Assembly: GCF_009914755.1 (NCBI RefSeq)
Contig: NC_060932.1
Direction: 5' to 3' (one strand)
Source: the human T2T-CHM13v2.0 reference genome, Homo sapiens
DNA: 64,000 nt
Shown here: positions 1 to 13,575 of the stretch, piece by piece
Layout: each line of letters opens with the position of its first letter
How positions within the stretch are numbered: the stretch's first letter is position 1
Made by a program: the position numbers and the translations under genes
The notes under the pieces: model-generated
Databases searched by the model: none
Seen by the model: the letters and a program-made list of their open reading frames with translations, nothing else
Told to the model about the DNA's origin: nothing

Positions 1-397
1 CCCTCACTACTTCAGCAAATAACTCCTAAGAATGCAGTGTTAAGAAGCAGAGATCTTTCACATCAAGAGGTTGTCCCACTCTTGGTGATGCATACCCTCC
101 TCACTTTTTAAATGATGACCTGTGCCTTTGACACAACATTGAGTGGCTTTTGTTTCCAAATCACACGGCAAATCCAACAGCTGAGACCTAACAGCAGGAA
201 ATAGGCTATGACTATTTTAATTTAACCACATATTAAGCCCTTGTTATGTGCTCTTCTGTCAAGCACAATATGTTTTCCACACATACGCATGAACACATAC
301 CTGTACATACATATCCATTATACATGTAAGAGAATGTCAGGCTAAAATTGATTGGAGACTGCAAAGCTGATGCTGAAAAAAGTCAGATCTGAAAATG

Positions 398-721
398 CTT
401 AGACTGGGGAATTTATAAACAACAGAAATTTACTGCTCATGGTTCTGTAGGCTGGGAAATCCAAGATCAAGGTACCAGGAGATTCAGTGTCCAGTGAGGG
501 CACATTCTTCACAAATGACATCTTCTTGTTGTCTTCTCACATGATAGAAGGAGCAAAAAGCTCCCTCATGCCTCTTTTAAAAGAGTACTCATCCCATTCA
601 TTAGGGTGGAGCCCTCATAGCCTAATCACCTCCCAAAGGCTTCAGCTTCTAATACCATCACCTTGAGGGTCAAGTTTCAACATACGAATTTAGGGCGGAC
701 ACAAACATTCACACCATAGCA
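398..721 (-). mobile_element. MaLR LTR (MLT1A/MSTD-like)
   Basis: Typical antisense MaLR text (aacagaaatttactgctcatggttctg...ccaagatcaagg...cctaatcacctcccaaaggc...aacattcacaccatagca); ends with the reverse complement of the TGCTATGG LTR start. Confidence 0.8.
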
Positions 722-2778
722 GGACCAAAGTAAGTCAGAGGCATGGGTATGAATTTCCTTCTTTCACAGAGCTCATTAATTCTCAGCTACAGTGTGTAAT
801 AACTCACTCAACCTTTAGCAGCAGCTCTTGTCAAAAAAAATTCCCTCAATTCAGTCCTGTGACATCTACTATGTCCCATAAGAAAGTAGAGAAGTGATAG
901 TATCATCAAACTGAAGCCAGCTCACAACAGTACTTGTCAATGGGCTCTTTTTGCCCCTTCCTCCGCTTCTTCTTGACTTTGTTCCAACCCTCAAGGGCTT
1001 AGAAATCACAGCTGGCAAGATCAGGGAGGATAAACAACACACATAGAAAAGAGCAAAGAAGCCAATCAAAATCCTTGCCCAGTCATAAACTTGAGGCTTC
1101 AGTCTGCAAGAAGCCCAGGATCCAGTTCTACATTTTGAGAGGAAAAAAGTTGACATTAAATCAAGGTCAGCATTATTATTATTATTACAACACCAGACTT
1201 GATATATTATGAATTTATTTGACACTGCATCTGAAACTGAATGGCACTATAGAAACTTCTCTTACCTAAAAATAACACCAGAAATCATAAATATCAAAGC
1301 AAATACAATGAAACATGAACTCCCCATGAATGACTGAAGACTCCTTAGGCCAATATCAAAGAAGATTTGATGGGAGAATATTCCAGTCCAAATAAGAGTG
1401 ACCAGGCCCCATTTTACTTCTAGGCCAAGGCTTTTTAACCTGAAGTCCATGGTCCCTTAAAAAGCAACAAGCAAAGTTTTATGTATATATGCACATGCTC
1501 CATTCCCCAGAAAAGAATCCACAGCTTTTATCAGAGTCACAGGAAAGGTTAAAATTATTCTCAAATCAGAGAACCTCTGGAAGATCAGGACAATCTTAGA
1601 CTTTGACTTTAGATCCAGGTTTATTTCTCCTTCTGATGCAGTGCTGTTCCGTCCCCAGCCAATTCTATTCTAAAATGGCCCTGAGAGGTAGCATACAGAT
1701 TGAACCACACTTCAGAGGCTCTTTGGATGTGGTTCCAGAACATTTGTAGTTTAGACCTGGAAGAGATAGAAATTAGCTTTGAAATTTACAATGTAGTTGT
1801 CTAGGTTATAGAAACATCTCCCAAGAAGTTCGTAGCTCATTGAGGTCATCTTTGTTCTGACTACATTTTGACTCTCGTTATTGAGTTGGGATACACATGG
1901 TTTTGAATCTTTGACATAAAATGCATGTAACCCAAGTGGTTTGCTTTCCTGATGCTCAACTCAATTCCTGAAAATTGGCCTTCCAAGGCATTGGCCTGTC
2001 TCTAGTGTCCACAGTTATATTAGGGAATGTCAATGCCTGTTCTACCTGCTTCCTGAAAAGTAATGCTACCCAAAAGCATCATCAGATCGTAATCAAACTA
2101 GCAGCTGTGCCACCCCCACTTACCCAAATCATAGATGTTTTTCTCCCATTTGAGAGACTATCGCCACTGTGTCCCTAGTCATCGCAGCATCAGCTAGTTA
2201 ACATTCTCAGAAAGCGAGTCATTAGCATCTCAAACTAGAATTAAGACATGCTTTCATGGAACACCATAGGATATGGTTTGATACACAGCAAGGGAAAACA
2301 TTAACTCTCTTTTTAAAATCAAACACAAATAAGAAAACTTAAATTGATCTATGGAGGAGATCAGTTGGCTGCTAGAAATAGCATTTTTACAATCAGTTCT
2401 GAACCATTCATATTCATAAAGAGTGGCACAGATCATCGAACACAGCCAATAATTTTTAAATAATTAGTGTTGGGCTTTGGAACCATTAATTTATTCATGT
2501 GGGTATTTATTTATTTATTTACATCAAAGTTACTTTCCTACTAGTGCTTTGCTTATATTAACATTTAAATGAGAATATAGCTCCCTAGCAAGCAGCAACT
2601 GATTGCTGAGGGAGAAACCCTCCTTTCCTACTAGGGAAGAACAGGGAGTCAGAGAAATGAAGATTTTACTCTGCATTAAATTTACCAAACTCAGGTAATT
2701 GAGAATGAGCTCTCATCTCCTGGAACAGGGCATCTTCAGAAATTGTTCTCTGACTCCCACAATCAAATACTCCCATGA

Positions 2779-2886
2779 GGCCAGGCACAGTGGCTCACAT
2801 CTGTAATCCCAGCACTCTGGGAGCCCAGGAGCTACAGACCAGCCTGAGTAACATAGTGAGACCCCATCTCTATTAAAATAAAAATA
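2779..2886 (+). mobile_element. Alu monomer (FLAM-like), internally deleted
   Basis: ggccaggcacagtggctcacatctgtaatcccagcac...agaccagcctgagtaacatagtgagaccccatctct plus A-rich tail; flanks aaatactccca/aaataccccca resemble a TSD. Confidence 0.85.
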
Positions 2887-2899
2887 AATACCCCCACGT

Positions 2900-3320
2900 A
2901 TGCTCCTCAACAGTCTGTAGTTCTTTACGACACTTACCACATGTACTTATTTGTTCAATCTCTGTTTTCCACACTACAACATAAACTCCAAGGAGGCAGT
3001 AACAGTGTCTGTCTTGTTTGACACTAACCCCAATACCTAGAAAGTTCTTTGGTATGTAGCAGGTGTTCAACAAATGTTCTTATGACAAATGAATAAAATC
3101 TGCAGTTTTTTCTAAATTATCTACGAAAAATTAGAAAAAGGTATTGAACATTTCACAGAATGTGTGATCAGGTCCTGAATAGAAAGCCTGATCCAAAACT
3201 GGAAGGCCCACAAGTACAGGGACCCCACAGTCTTGTGCACTGCTATGCACCAACTTGGGGCACAGTGCTTGGCATAGCAGAGGCACTCAGCAAATATACG
3301 TTGCAACAGTGAACTAGAAT
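2900..3320 (+). mobile_element. L2 3'-end fragments (two)
   Basis: L2 terminal motifs gtctgtcttgttt...cctagaa...ggtatgtagcaggtgttcaacaaatg and cacagtgcttggcatagcagaggcactcagcaaata. Confidence 0.65.
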
Positions 3321-3507
3321 AAGCAGGAAGGAGATGCAAAGCTCTTGACTATGCAGACCTTTCCCACAGAGTGGCAAAGAGACAAAAGTGAGGTGTGACA
3401 GTTTGAATTTTAGAGAGGGCTGGTAGGTCTGAGAGTGAGTGTAGCTTTGCCCAGCTGAAAACAAAACCTTGGATTCCTGGTATTTATTTCTATGGTAAAG
3501 CCATTAG

Positions 3508-3636
3508 TTCTCTCTATATATCTCTCTGTCTTTCTTCCTCCCTCTTTGTCTCTCTCTTTGACTCTTTCTCTCTTTCTCTCCCTCCCTCCCTCCCTCCCCA
3601 TGCCCCTGTGCTCCTCTCTCTCTTTCTCTCTCTCTC
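3508..3636. repeat. CT-rich polypyrimidine low-complexity tract
   Basis: (CT)n and (CCCT)n runs. Confidence 0.85.
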
Positions 3637-5144
3637 CGCACCACCCCCGACCCTGTTCACAGTTGACCTAAGCTCTATTCATCTACATTTCAGCCATCTT
3701 CCTTGAGCACCACAGGACTTCAGAATCTGTGCAGCCCATCTATCAATGATTGTTTTTTTTATTCCTTGTTACTATCCTACCCCAATGTTTTCATCATGTG
3801 AAGTATTCAGAATCACAACTTTCACAACAGAACAAGGGTGGTCAGTGACACACACATTTCTGCTCTGGGAATCAGGGAAGGAGGACATGGTGGGGGGCCT
3901 GAAAATGAGTGAATAGAAGCCCCATAACTCAGCCTTACACAGCAAAATGAATGTGCATAAAACCACCATTTATCACAATCACCTTGGAGATCACCTAGTG
4001 CCCTGTCCTCATTTTGCCAATAAGAAAAACTGAGTCCAGACAGACAAAATGATCATAAAATATCAGAATTCACATGAGATCCCAAGAGCCATCTGGGGAG
4101 CAAGGGAAACATTCCTCTGTGACTACACTGTAACTCAACAGATGGCTCCTTCCCCTCAGCCTGTAAATAAACAAAAGTCTACCTAATATTGAAAAAGCAA
4201 TACAGAAAGATGAGAACCTTGACCTAGCTTCTGCTTCTACCATCCTATCTATTCTTCCTCAAATAACCAAAATTCTAGAAATAGAGGCTGGCACATGCTG
4301 ATTTTATTTTCTCCCCTCCATCTGGAGTCCTATATAGGAATGCCTATTCAAAAACCTCTCCTCCTCTCCCAGCTCTTGTCCAGCTACTTAGAGATTTGCT
4401 CCAGATCTTGGCATTGAACTCATTCCCTCTCCTCCAGAGTATATGGATTCACTGTTCTTCTTGCAAGTTTGCCAAAAGCCTAAGTAATAATCCCAACAAC
4501 CTCTCAATTAAGTAAGATATTATTTATTACTCTTAACCTAAAGGACATGTTTCAATAGAAATATAACTTTACATCCACGCCAATGGGGCCCAGCTGATGG
4601 AACCAGCAGATAGGTGGAACTTTGAGAGAATCATCTTCTTCCTGATATTTGTATGGCCCTGCTCTCCAGCCACACGCAGCTAAGGAAATTAAGTCAGAGC
4701 CTGGTGCTCTACTGAGGAGGTGGCCTGTGGATTTTGTGTTTTTGTTCCAAAATAAACAACAATGTCTGTATTCAAGTCAGTTTTCTAACTTTTGCGTAAC
4801 AGGCAGAATGTCAGTCAAAATGAATCCTGGCCAATTATTCAGGCCATGCAAATTGTGTGGTGTCCTTGCTCTATTAATTCCCATGAAGCTGGAAAGGAGA
4901 TGACAGATTGGCTATTGGCTAGAAAAGTCTGAGCTTTGCTGTTGGTATTGCCAAAATAACCAGCAACCTAAGTGGACATGGGAGATAAACAAATGTCTCA
5001 GCCTGTGTTCTGTTGAAAATGGGGCTGGACTGGGTGCTTTATTTGAAACGTGGAGTCCCAAGGCAGTGAGAGTGAAAAAGGAGGAGTGACAGGGCAGGGT
5101 GGAAAGCCACACTTGCAGTGTCATTGCACTGGCCACTGCCTTAC

Positions 5145-5248
5145 CACGAGTCTCAAAGACACACAGCTGGTCACTCAGCAGGTGCAGCGATTCAGCCACC
5201 CGGGACATCTCCAGACAGGCTGTTCAGAGAAGCAGCTCAAAGCAGTTC
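5145..5248 (-). other. Candidate spliced exon (non-coding or start-codon-containing)
   Basis: On the minus strand: polypyrimidine tract tctcccttctccctttttgaag|G as acceptor and CGTG|GTAAGG as donor; 104 nt of unique sequence; all three through-frames have stops; internal ATG at 5208 gives MSRVAESLHLLSDQLCVFETR. Confidence 0.3.
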
Positions 5249-6291
5249 CTTCAAAAAGGGAGAAGGGAGAATTTATCTGTATGGTTTCCTACCATCTCCC
5301 AGTTCCCAGGTTCCCACAGAGTGAGTTGCTGCCCCACAAATTCCAAGTCATGTCATCCAACTTCCTCACTAGCTGCTGAAGAAGCTCATCCCAGTGCTGC
5401 AGTTGTCCTGTACATCCAAGCCTAGAAGTGGCCAGAGGAATTGGAGACCCCCAGGAGTACAGCCTCAGATGACAAAATTGCATGTGCCCACAGATGACTG
5501 ATCGGTCTCAGTGGCAGCCAAAGGCCTGGGAAGCAGATGGAGCTTAGAAAACCTGATGAAATGTATAAGATTATAGCATACAACAGGAGTTAGGATTAAA
5601 ATCATATCCACAGCACAGGAGTATACCCTCCTCCTTTAACTTTTGGCAGATATCTCTATGTGCTGAGAACCTAGACTAGGTCCCTAACTACAAAAGTATA
5701 GTAGACTTGCCAGCCTAGGCATTCCAAAGTCTTGAGTCAAAATTATATTTTTTATATATGTACATATATATAGACCTAAATATACATAGGTATGTGTGTG
5801 TATGTACACACACGTATCTGAGTGTGGAACAGTGTTTGTGTGGATGCTAAATCCTTGAAAAGGCCTGTGATCTACTACAAAGGCCACCAGTGAGCTCCTA
5901 AGCACCAAAGCTAATGAGCACTTCTGTTTATTTAGCTTGACCCCTGTACACAGCTAACAACACAGCTGTTACTACTTCCTGATTGTTATTTCTTCCTTTC
6001 TTTTCATGCCTTCCCTTTCCCATGCTCTCCTCTTCCCAAGGCTAAAATTGTATATAGCAGGCAAGGAAAAAGGAGGCAGGCAGAGATAGAGTGGGAAACA
6101 TGCAGATAGAAATGGTTCCTATCTTTCCTCAACTCAAAACTAAAGGTACCTGAACAATCTGGCATTTGGAATTGAGAACCACTCTCCATCTTTGTTGTCA
6201 CCTCCCAGTGTGTTACTGTCACCTACGGTAAGTACAGAATGAGACATGATGGGTAAATAGGCCTCAAAGAACCTCAGGAGTTAAAGGCTCT

Positions 6292-6880
<589 letters not shown>

Positions 6881-9289
6881 ACACCTGCATAGAGATAACT
6901 TTCATGATGTCTACAGAGTCCAGCCTCAGAGAGTCAAGCACTCTCCCAAGTCAACCAATGCCCGCAATTATGAGTTCAAGTCTGAGTCAAAACACTAAAC
7001 TGGTTAAATGTGAGTCTTTACAAGAAAAACAAACGGCAGTCTGCTCTTATTTGAGAATTAGGCATAGACTATGAAACATCTGATAAATTCATTCAGCAGG
7101 GGATTGAACACTAGAATTTCGGTACTCCATTTACATACTATCTGGAAACTATTTTAATATGTTCAGGCTATTGTTGGGATAAAGACTTGAAATAAAATAT
7201 GCTCAAAATGGTACCACTTTACCTCAAAAATGACAGAGCCCTTTGCTTGCATGTATATTACATTTCAAAAGAAGGTAGATATTACGCTGTCTTGCACCAA
7301 ATGCCCTTAAGATTTTTTTTATAATATAAGACATCTTTTTCTCTGGCTCTAATCCAATTTCTTTGAGTGATGTGTAAACCTTAAAATTGTAGCTCTGTGT
7401 CTGTATCCATTACGTTTGAAATGACCCCTACATTTCACATTCTATATAACATTTTCCTATCTTCTCTGGGAATTGCAGAAGATCCTTCGTCGACACACTA
7501 ATTGCTTGTGACACCTGAAGTCCTTTTGAACACTGGCATTTTCTTGGTGAATCAGTAAATACTCTGTTATTTGGAGAGGACATTGTTGCAAAACACTTTC
7601 CCTTAATCTTGCTTTCCACTTAAACATCATAATCACACAAGGCTGAGTTACACCTTCACTGCCACCCTGTGAACATTGTGCTCAGTATGGATTTGGTGTT
7701 ACGGTAGCTTCAGAAACAATTCATTCTGTCAAAGTACCAGTAATGATTTCTTTTGTGGGTATATTAATCTCACAGAAACTAAGCATTACATTTTAGACAA
7801 TAAACTTTATAAAAGATCTGTCAATTCTATATTTTTTAAATGCTTTATATTATATTCTTCCAAAACACACCCCACTCCATTGACCTTTAAACACATTAAC
7901 CTCTGCAGGGAAATTTCTTAGATCCATATTATGAGCATAAAGTGTCTAATTCACCACTTAGTGGGGAAAATAGATTGTAGTTGGTGTTAAAATGTCAGCA
8001 AATCATCCACTCCTGACAGTAGATTTGGGGCATGACAAAGAATACCATTAAATTTGTCTTTTTTAAAAAATGCTGTATGGTTAGAAACACTGGTAGATCG
8101 AAGGCAAATGTTCAAACAATAGACATACTTGAACATTACCAATATCTGATCTATAAAGATTCCTAAATAGAAATTATAGGTTGCAATGTGTCACCAGCGC
8201 CAAGCACCATCTTAAATTCATTGCTGTAGTCTTCTATAATAGTTTTTCCTTTCTGCCTACAAGACAAATACCCTTGTTTTCCCAACCTCTTCTTCCCATT
8301 CTTGCCTTTCTGCCTCACTACTGGTTGAATTTCAGACAGGTCCTCCTTCTTAAGTATCCGCATACTCTTGTCTCCTTCCATCCCATTTCTCTTCCCAACC
8401 CTTTTTCAACTCGTTCTGCATTTCTGCAGAAAGTGTTCATGCCCTTTCTTCTCCTCTTTACATTGTTCCATTTATGAGTCAAATAAAATGACTATAATCA
8501 TGACTGAGAAGCCTAAGCATAGAATTCATGGCGCCAGGGAAAAGAAAGCCACATATCCAGAAGTGAAAGATGGCATAATAAGGACCCAGCCCCTCGACCA
8601 CTGCTGCTCTCCAAAACGTCTACAAAGCCTTCTCTCTCTAACTTCATGTCATATGTGGCTCTGGTTTGACCAGTTAGTTTCAAGTGCTGACATTCAATAT
8701 AAAATTCAAAACATCCTACCCACTTTTAGGTTTTCTGCTTTGTTTATTTACTAGCATTATACTAGCATTCTTTTCTGTTTCATTTTTAAAATTTTAACTA
8801 GAGTGACTAGTTTGGCTGAGCTAATAGGATGTGTGAGATTCCAAATTAGTTCCATCTCATTTGGAACCTCTGTCTTATCAATATATTTGATCAAGATGCA
8901 AATGAATGCCTGAATTGTGACCCCCCCCTAAGTTGATGACCCTAGTATTCAGTGTTTTCTACATAAACAAACCTCATATATTCAATGATGTATCTAAGAC
9001 TAGGACTCGCTCATTTTTCGTCTAGTTTTTCTGCCCAAACTATTGGAAGAGTCAATGATTTTGAATAAAGATTCAGTATTTCCTAAACCCCTATCAACTT
9101 ATTTTCTCTTTCCCATTCCATGCAAGCAAACCAAATGCTCTGGATCTACTTAAAAGATAATACTTAACCAGAAATCTTGGTATTTGAAGGAGATAAGAAA
9201 AAAATTTATGGTTAATTTTGTGAACCTAAAATTCTCCATTCTCTTTTCCAATTTTTTCATTTTATTAATATGAAAAATGTTCTATTCAA

Positions 9290-9435
9290 CATGTTTCTTA
9301 TTACTTATATGCCTATTTTGTCTGTCTTTCCTGCTACGCAGTGAGCTCCAAAGGCCTTGTCTCTCTTGTTTTCCCATGTCCCCAGCACCTAGAAATGGCA
9401 TAAAGTTGTTCAAAAAACAGTTGTTGGATGAATAA
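9290..9435 (+). mobile_element. L2 3'-end fragment
   Basis: gtgagctcc...gtctctcttgtt...tccccagcacctagaa...gttgttggatgaat. Confidence 0.6.
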
Positions 9436-9907
9436 ATTATTTAATTAAACAGTTTATAATTTTAATTCTTTAGATTCTGGTTGGTTCTTCTTTGCTTATT
9501 CATCATTTCAAAAAGAAAAAGAAAAGCTGAGCAGATATGCATAGGAGATTTCAAATCCTAGAAATTAAACCTAGGAGGGATTCTAGAAATTATATCACTC
9601 AAAATATTATTTTAATAGCTGAGGGAGCCTAGCATTCTAATAGCCTAATTAATATTATGCCCAAGGTTCATCACAGCTCATCAATGGCCAAGCTGTTGTC
9701 CTAACCCTTAAACTATTCACACCCCTCAAAATTAGGTTTCCTTGTGGGAAAGAGAACTTATCCCGCCCATAAGGAACACTAGGTGTGATCTTTTTGCCTA
9801 TCTCTATTATCAAAATGAAACAAACAAAAAATGAAATAAAGGACCACATGACAGAATTAGAAGAAGATTATTCCACATTGTTTTCATGAGACGAGAAGCT
9901 TTAAAAG

Positions 9908-10040
9908 CAAACAAACAAACAAACAAACAAACAAAAAACAGGACTCACTCTGTAGCCTCGAACTCCTGGGCTCAAGTAAGCCTTCCACCTCAGCCTCCCA
10001 AGTAGCAGGGACTAAAGGCGCATGCTACCACTCCTAGCTT
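9908..10040 (-). mobile_element. Old Alu fragment with adjacent (AAAC)n
   Basis: tgtagcctcgaactcctgggctcaag...cagcctcccaagtagcagggacta; (AAAC)n at 9908-9935. Confidence 0.8.
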
Positions 10041-10249
10041 TAGACAACAAACTTTTATATCCAGGGAACAACAGCTTGTGGACAATCAGAAGAAAAAGCA
10101 AAAGCAGTAGTGCAAAGCTGCAAAAGCAGCACCATGTTACTGGCCTTGACCATGTCTGGATCTTAGACACAAACTGAACTCCGTAGAGAACTTGGGGCTC
10201 AAACGTGTATACACAGCATATTCCAGTAAACAAACTGTTTTCATACTCT

Positions 10250-10400
10250 CTGTTTCAATTCACCCTTATAACCACCTCATGAGGTTCCAAGAAAGAAATT
10301 ATGCTAATTTTATAAATGAGGAACCTGAAGGTGAAAGTAGTTAGGTAAAGTGCTTGAGGCCATGCATGTAGTTGATGATAAGAGACAGAATTAAGTCCTT
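10250..10400 (-). mobile_element. MIR
   Basis: MIR core ttttataaatgaggaacctgaagg...gttaggtaaagtgcttgaggccatgca. Confidence 0.6.
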
Positions 10401-13400
10401 CTGCTCAGAAGAGTTCAGAGCATTGTTTTCACCATTCAAATGCATGCCCTTTCTTGGTCTGAAATTGGTACATTTTCCTGAATTTGTTGAATTTAAACCT
10501 AACTTCTACCTGCCTATCCCTCCTGTCCCTAGATGAGAATTTGAGCTCTTGATTAGGATGTTTACATGTTACCTCTTCAGCTTTGTCTAAAAAATAATAA
10601 TCTGCTCTCGTTAGCACTCTTCACTGGAAATGCATTTTTATTTTTATGGGTATTTGAAAGGTTAATTGACAACATAAACTCTGAAAGAATGTTCAGCCTC
10701 ATGATTCCGTGGTTTTATGGTATCCACTGCAGAATATGCACTGTGCTCCCCTACCCCCACCTCTGGCAAACACGCACATACACAGCATGATGATACCACA
10801 CCCTCCCCTTCCACCTGAAATTTCCGTCATTAGTGGACCGGACCAAGGCAAGGACAACAAAAGCCATTTATGGAGGCAATGGCTGATGGCTGGATCACAG
10901 TAGGGAAGACACTGCCAGAAAAGGAAGAACTAAACAGGAGGAGCCAAAGAGATGCTGAAACAGGAAACAAGTTGCCAAGACTAGGACTAGGGTAGAACAA
11001 ACAGTGGCATTACTCCTTGTTGCTTCTGATAACATCACCAATAAAATGTCAAGTGGGTAATTCAGTTCCTGAAGAAAACAATTAGAGAAAATTGGTGAGA
11101 ATGCAAATGTGTCTTCTGTCACTTTTTAGGGACCAAAGACTCAGACAGCACATCCATCTTCTGGTGTGGCTGTGGCCAGGGTTAGCTGCAGCAGCAAGTT
11201 AGAGGCTCCCTAACTGTGTGGGCAGCCCCAGTTTTCCTGTCTGCCTGTCCCGTGTCATTTGGCCCCCCTGGAGGGCCGGGGTGCATGCTTGTGGAAACCC
11301 ACCCACAGGTCTAAGCTCCATTCTTCCCCACTGGTCACTCCTCCCCCATAAGCAGCCACCCCCTGGCTACTGCTTAGACCTATGCGTGCACACACCCACA
11401 GCATCACAGTCCACTCTGGGAAGGACGAGCTGTGGCCTTGAATGCCAACCTGCAGGTTTGAGCAGTAATTTCAAGGTCCAGGGTCCCTGGAGCATGGTTT
11501 AGAAGAGACTACTCTGGGTGGGCACATCCCCCTGGCTAACTCCACTGTCCCCAGGATGTCTATGAGCAGCATGGCACCAAGGAGGGCCCTGGCTGCTGGG
11601 ATCTAAGGGTGACATTGAAGCTTGGAGCTATGTGGGCAATAAGCAACCAATAGGAAGTTTTACAAGTTCAGAAATCCTGAAGTCATCTTCACAAAACCAG
11701 TAGTTCTGACAGCAGGATTTCTGACCCTGCCCAGCTTCCTATTGATATGCTGAGGGGAAAAAAAAAAAAAAAAAAGCAACATAGATATTGTGTAGGTTGT
11801 AGTTAACGTGTGAACAAGTATATATCTTCTGGATTTAGACACAGAACAGGGCATGAGTCTATCCCCAGAATTAAAATACGTGTTTTAGCAAATCATGGCC
11901 TGGACTAAATGATGCCCCCAGCTTGATTATCTTATGCTTCTATGTTATATTAATTTGAAGAGAAATCTTCAAGTTTGCATTGTAGAACAATTATAAGGAA
12001 AATAGATGCTTCTCTTGGCTCTTCCTGGAAGGTACAAGCATAAAGGCCTAGCTTGAAAAAGCCTATTTAATTTGTTGTTAGTGGGGGGAATGGAGGTTAA
12101 TTAATCTAGTTTTGGAAAAGCTAGATAATATCTATCTTCAGTTGCTTGTACATTATGCTGTCCAATTAATTCCTCCCAAGAACTTTTACACAAGACTACT
12201 CAGCTCAAAACTTCGTGCTTGAAAACTTTTCAAGGTCTTTGGGGTGACCACTAGAGAAGAACGAGCTGAAGAAACTATCACCTTCCTTTACTCTTTCATC
12301 CTGGTCGGGAGCTGTGCTCTTCTCAAAGGTTAACGAGGTTGCAGAACCTTCAGGGAATGTGGCCAGGCCACCCATTTCAATTGCTCTCACGTGCTGCTCT
12401 TGTTTAATTCCTGGAAGCACAGTCTGGAGCCTGTGTTCCAAGACGCCTGCCGTTCAGCCCACCACGGTTTCTTTCAGTAGTTGGCTGGGCCCAGAAACAG
12501 TCAGATGCCCTTGGAATCTTTAAACGCTTTTCTGACAGAAGGTTTGGCCATTTCTTCTCCCGGTGCTCATTTTAAAGTTAAGCACATGAACACACATTTT
12601 TTGAATCCCAAAGAAGACTTTTAATTGATTCCTGAATATTTTAAGGTCTACTAATTCCTTTGATGTTGCAAACGCTGCAATTGATTCCAGCTGCTGTTCT
12701 AATCACATTCATTAACAGGCTTATTTTTACCTGCCAGCTAATATTTTACATTGCATCAATAAATCTTCAGCTTTCTAGCCAAATTGTGTACAAAATAAAA
12801 TGAATTGCCCAACCTCCTGATTGTTCCACAGGGGTTGGGTTAGCCATCATCCCTCCTTCGGAGGAGGGTTCGTTGGGCATGATTAGAAAGGTGATAAACT
12901 AAGAATGCATATGATATTACAAATATAACATTGGATTGTCTTAAGCACAAGTTTTTCTTGCATATTCTACCCACTTTAATTTTTATTTTATATTATAAGA
13001 AGTCAAAAAGGAGCATAATTGGTCACTCAAATGTAGACAAAAGATTTTATAATAGATTAAAAGAACTCACACACCAATGTCCTCTGTGGGGCATGAGCTT
13101 TTTTTTTTTCAGTGATGGTGTTCAATTTAGTTTGATCCATCCATGATGTCTTTCTCCATCCTTATGGAATGGCAATGGGCACTTATGAAACAAATGCCCA
13201 GAATTGGATAGGTACCATGTGGCAAGTAAAACTTAGACCATAGATCCATGTTACAAACCAACTGTCTCGGGATCATTTGCTGGTGCTGGTGCTATGCGTA
13301 CTGAAAGAGCAAGTGGACAAGCCCATCCAAAGAGTTCAGAGCTAGATCTCTCCAGATGAATTGTTAAATTTTCTGTCATTGGATGACAAGGAGAGTCAGA

Positions 13401-13429
13401 AAAATACAGAATTATCGCTAAGAGACCAC

Positions 13430-13575
13430 ATGGACTTTACTCCTAGCTTTGCTGCATATAAGCTGTGAGCTTGCATAAGTTAATTAACCTGTGTGAAACC
13501 CCCATTCTTCTTATCCATTGACTATTAAATAAAATCTTGCATGTAATGTGCTTAATACAGTTCCTGGTCTAAATT
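13430..13575 (+). mobile_element. MIR
   Basis: agctgtgagcttgcataagttaattaacctgtgtgaa...catgtaatgtgcttaatacagttcctgg. Confidence 0.6.

Noticed and set aside
869-1225. 118-aa minus-strand ORF
   Set aside because: No recognisable protein family; the poly-Asn comes from an (AAT)n run; a length expected by chance
6225-6233. Perfect plus-strand donor ACG|GTAAGT
   Set aside because: No convincing paired acceptor or open exon; isolated donor matches are frequent
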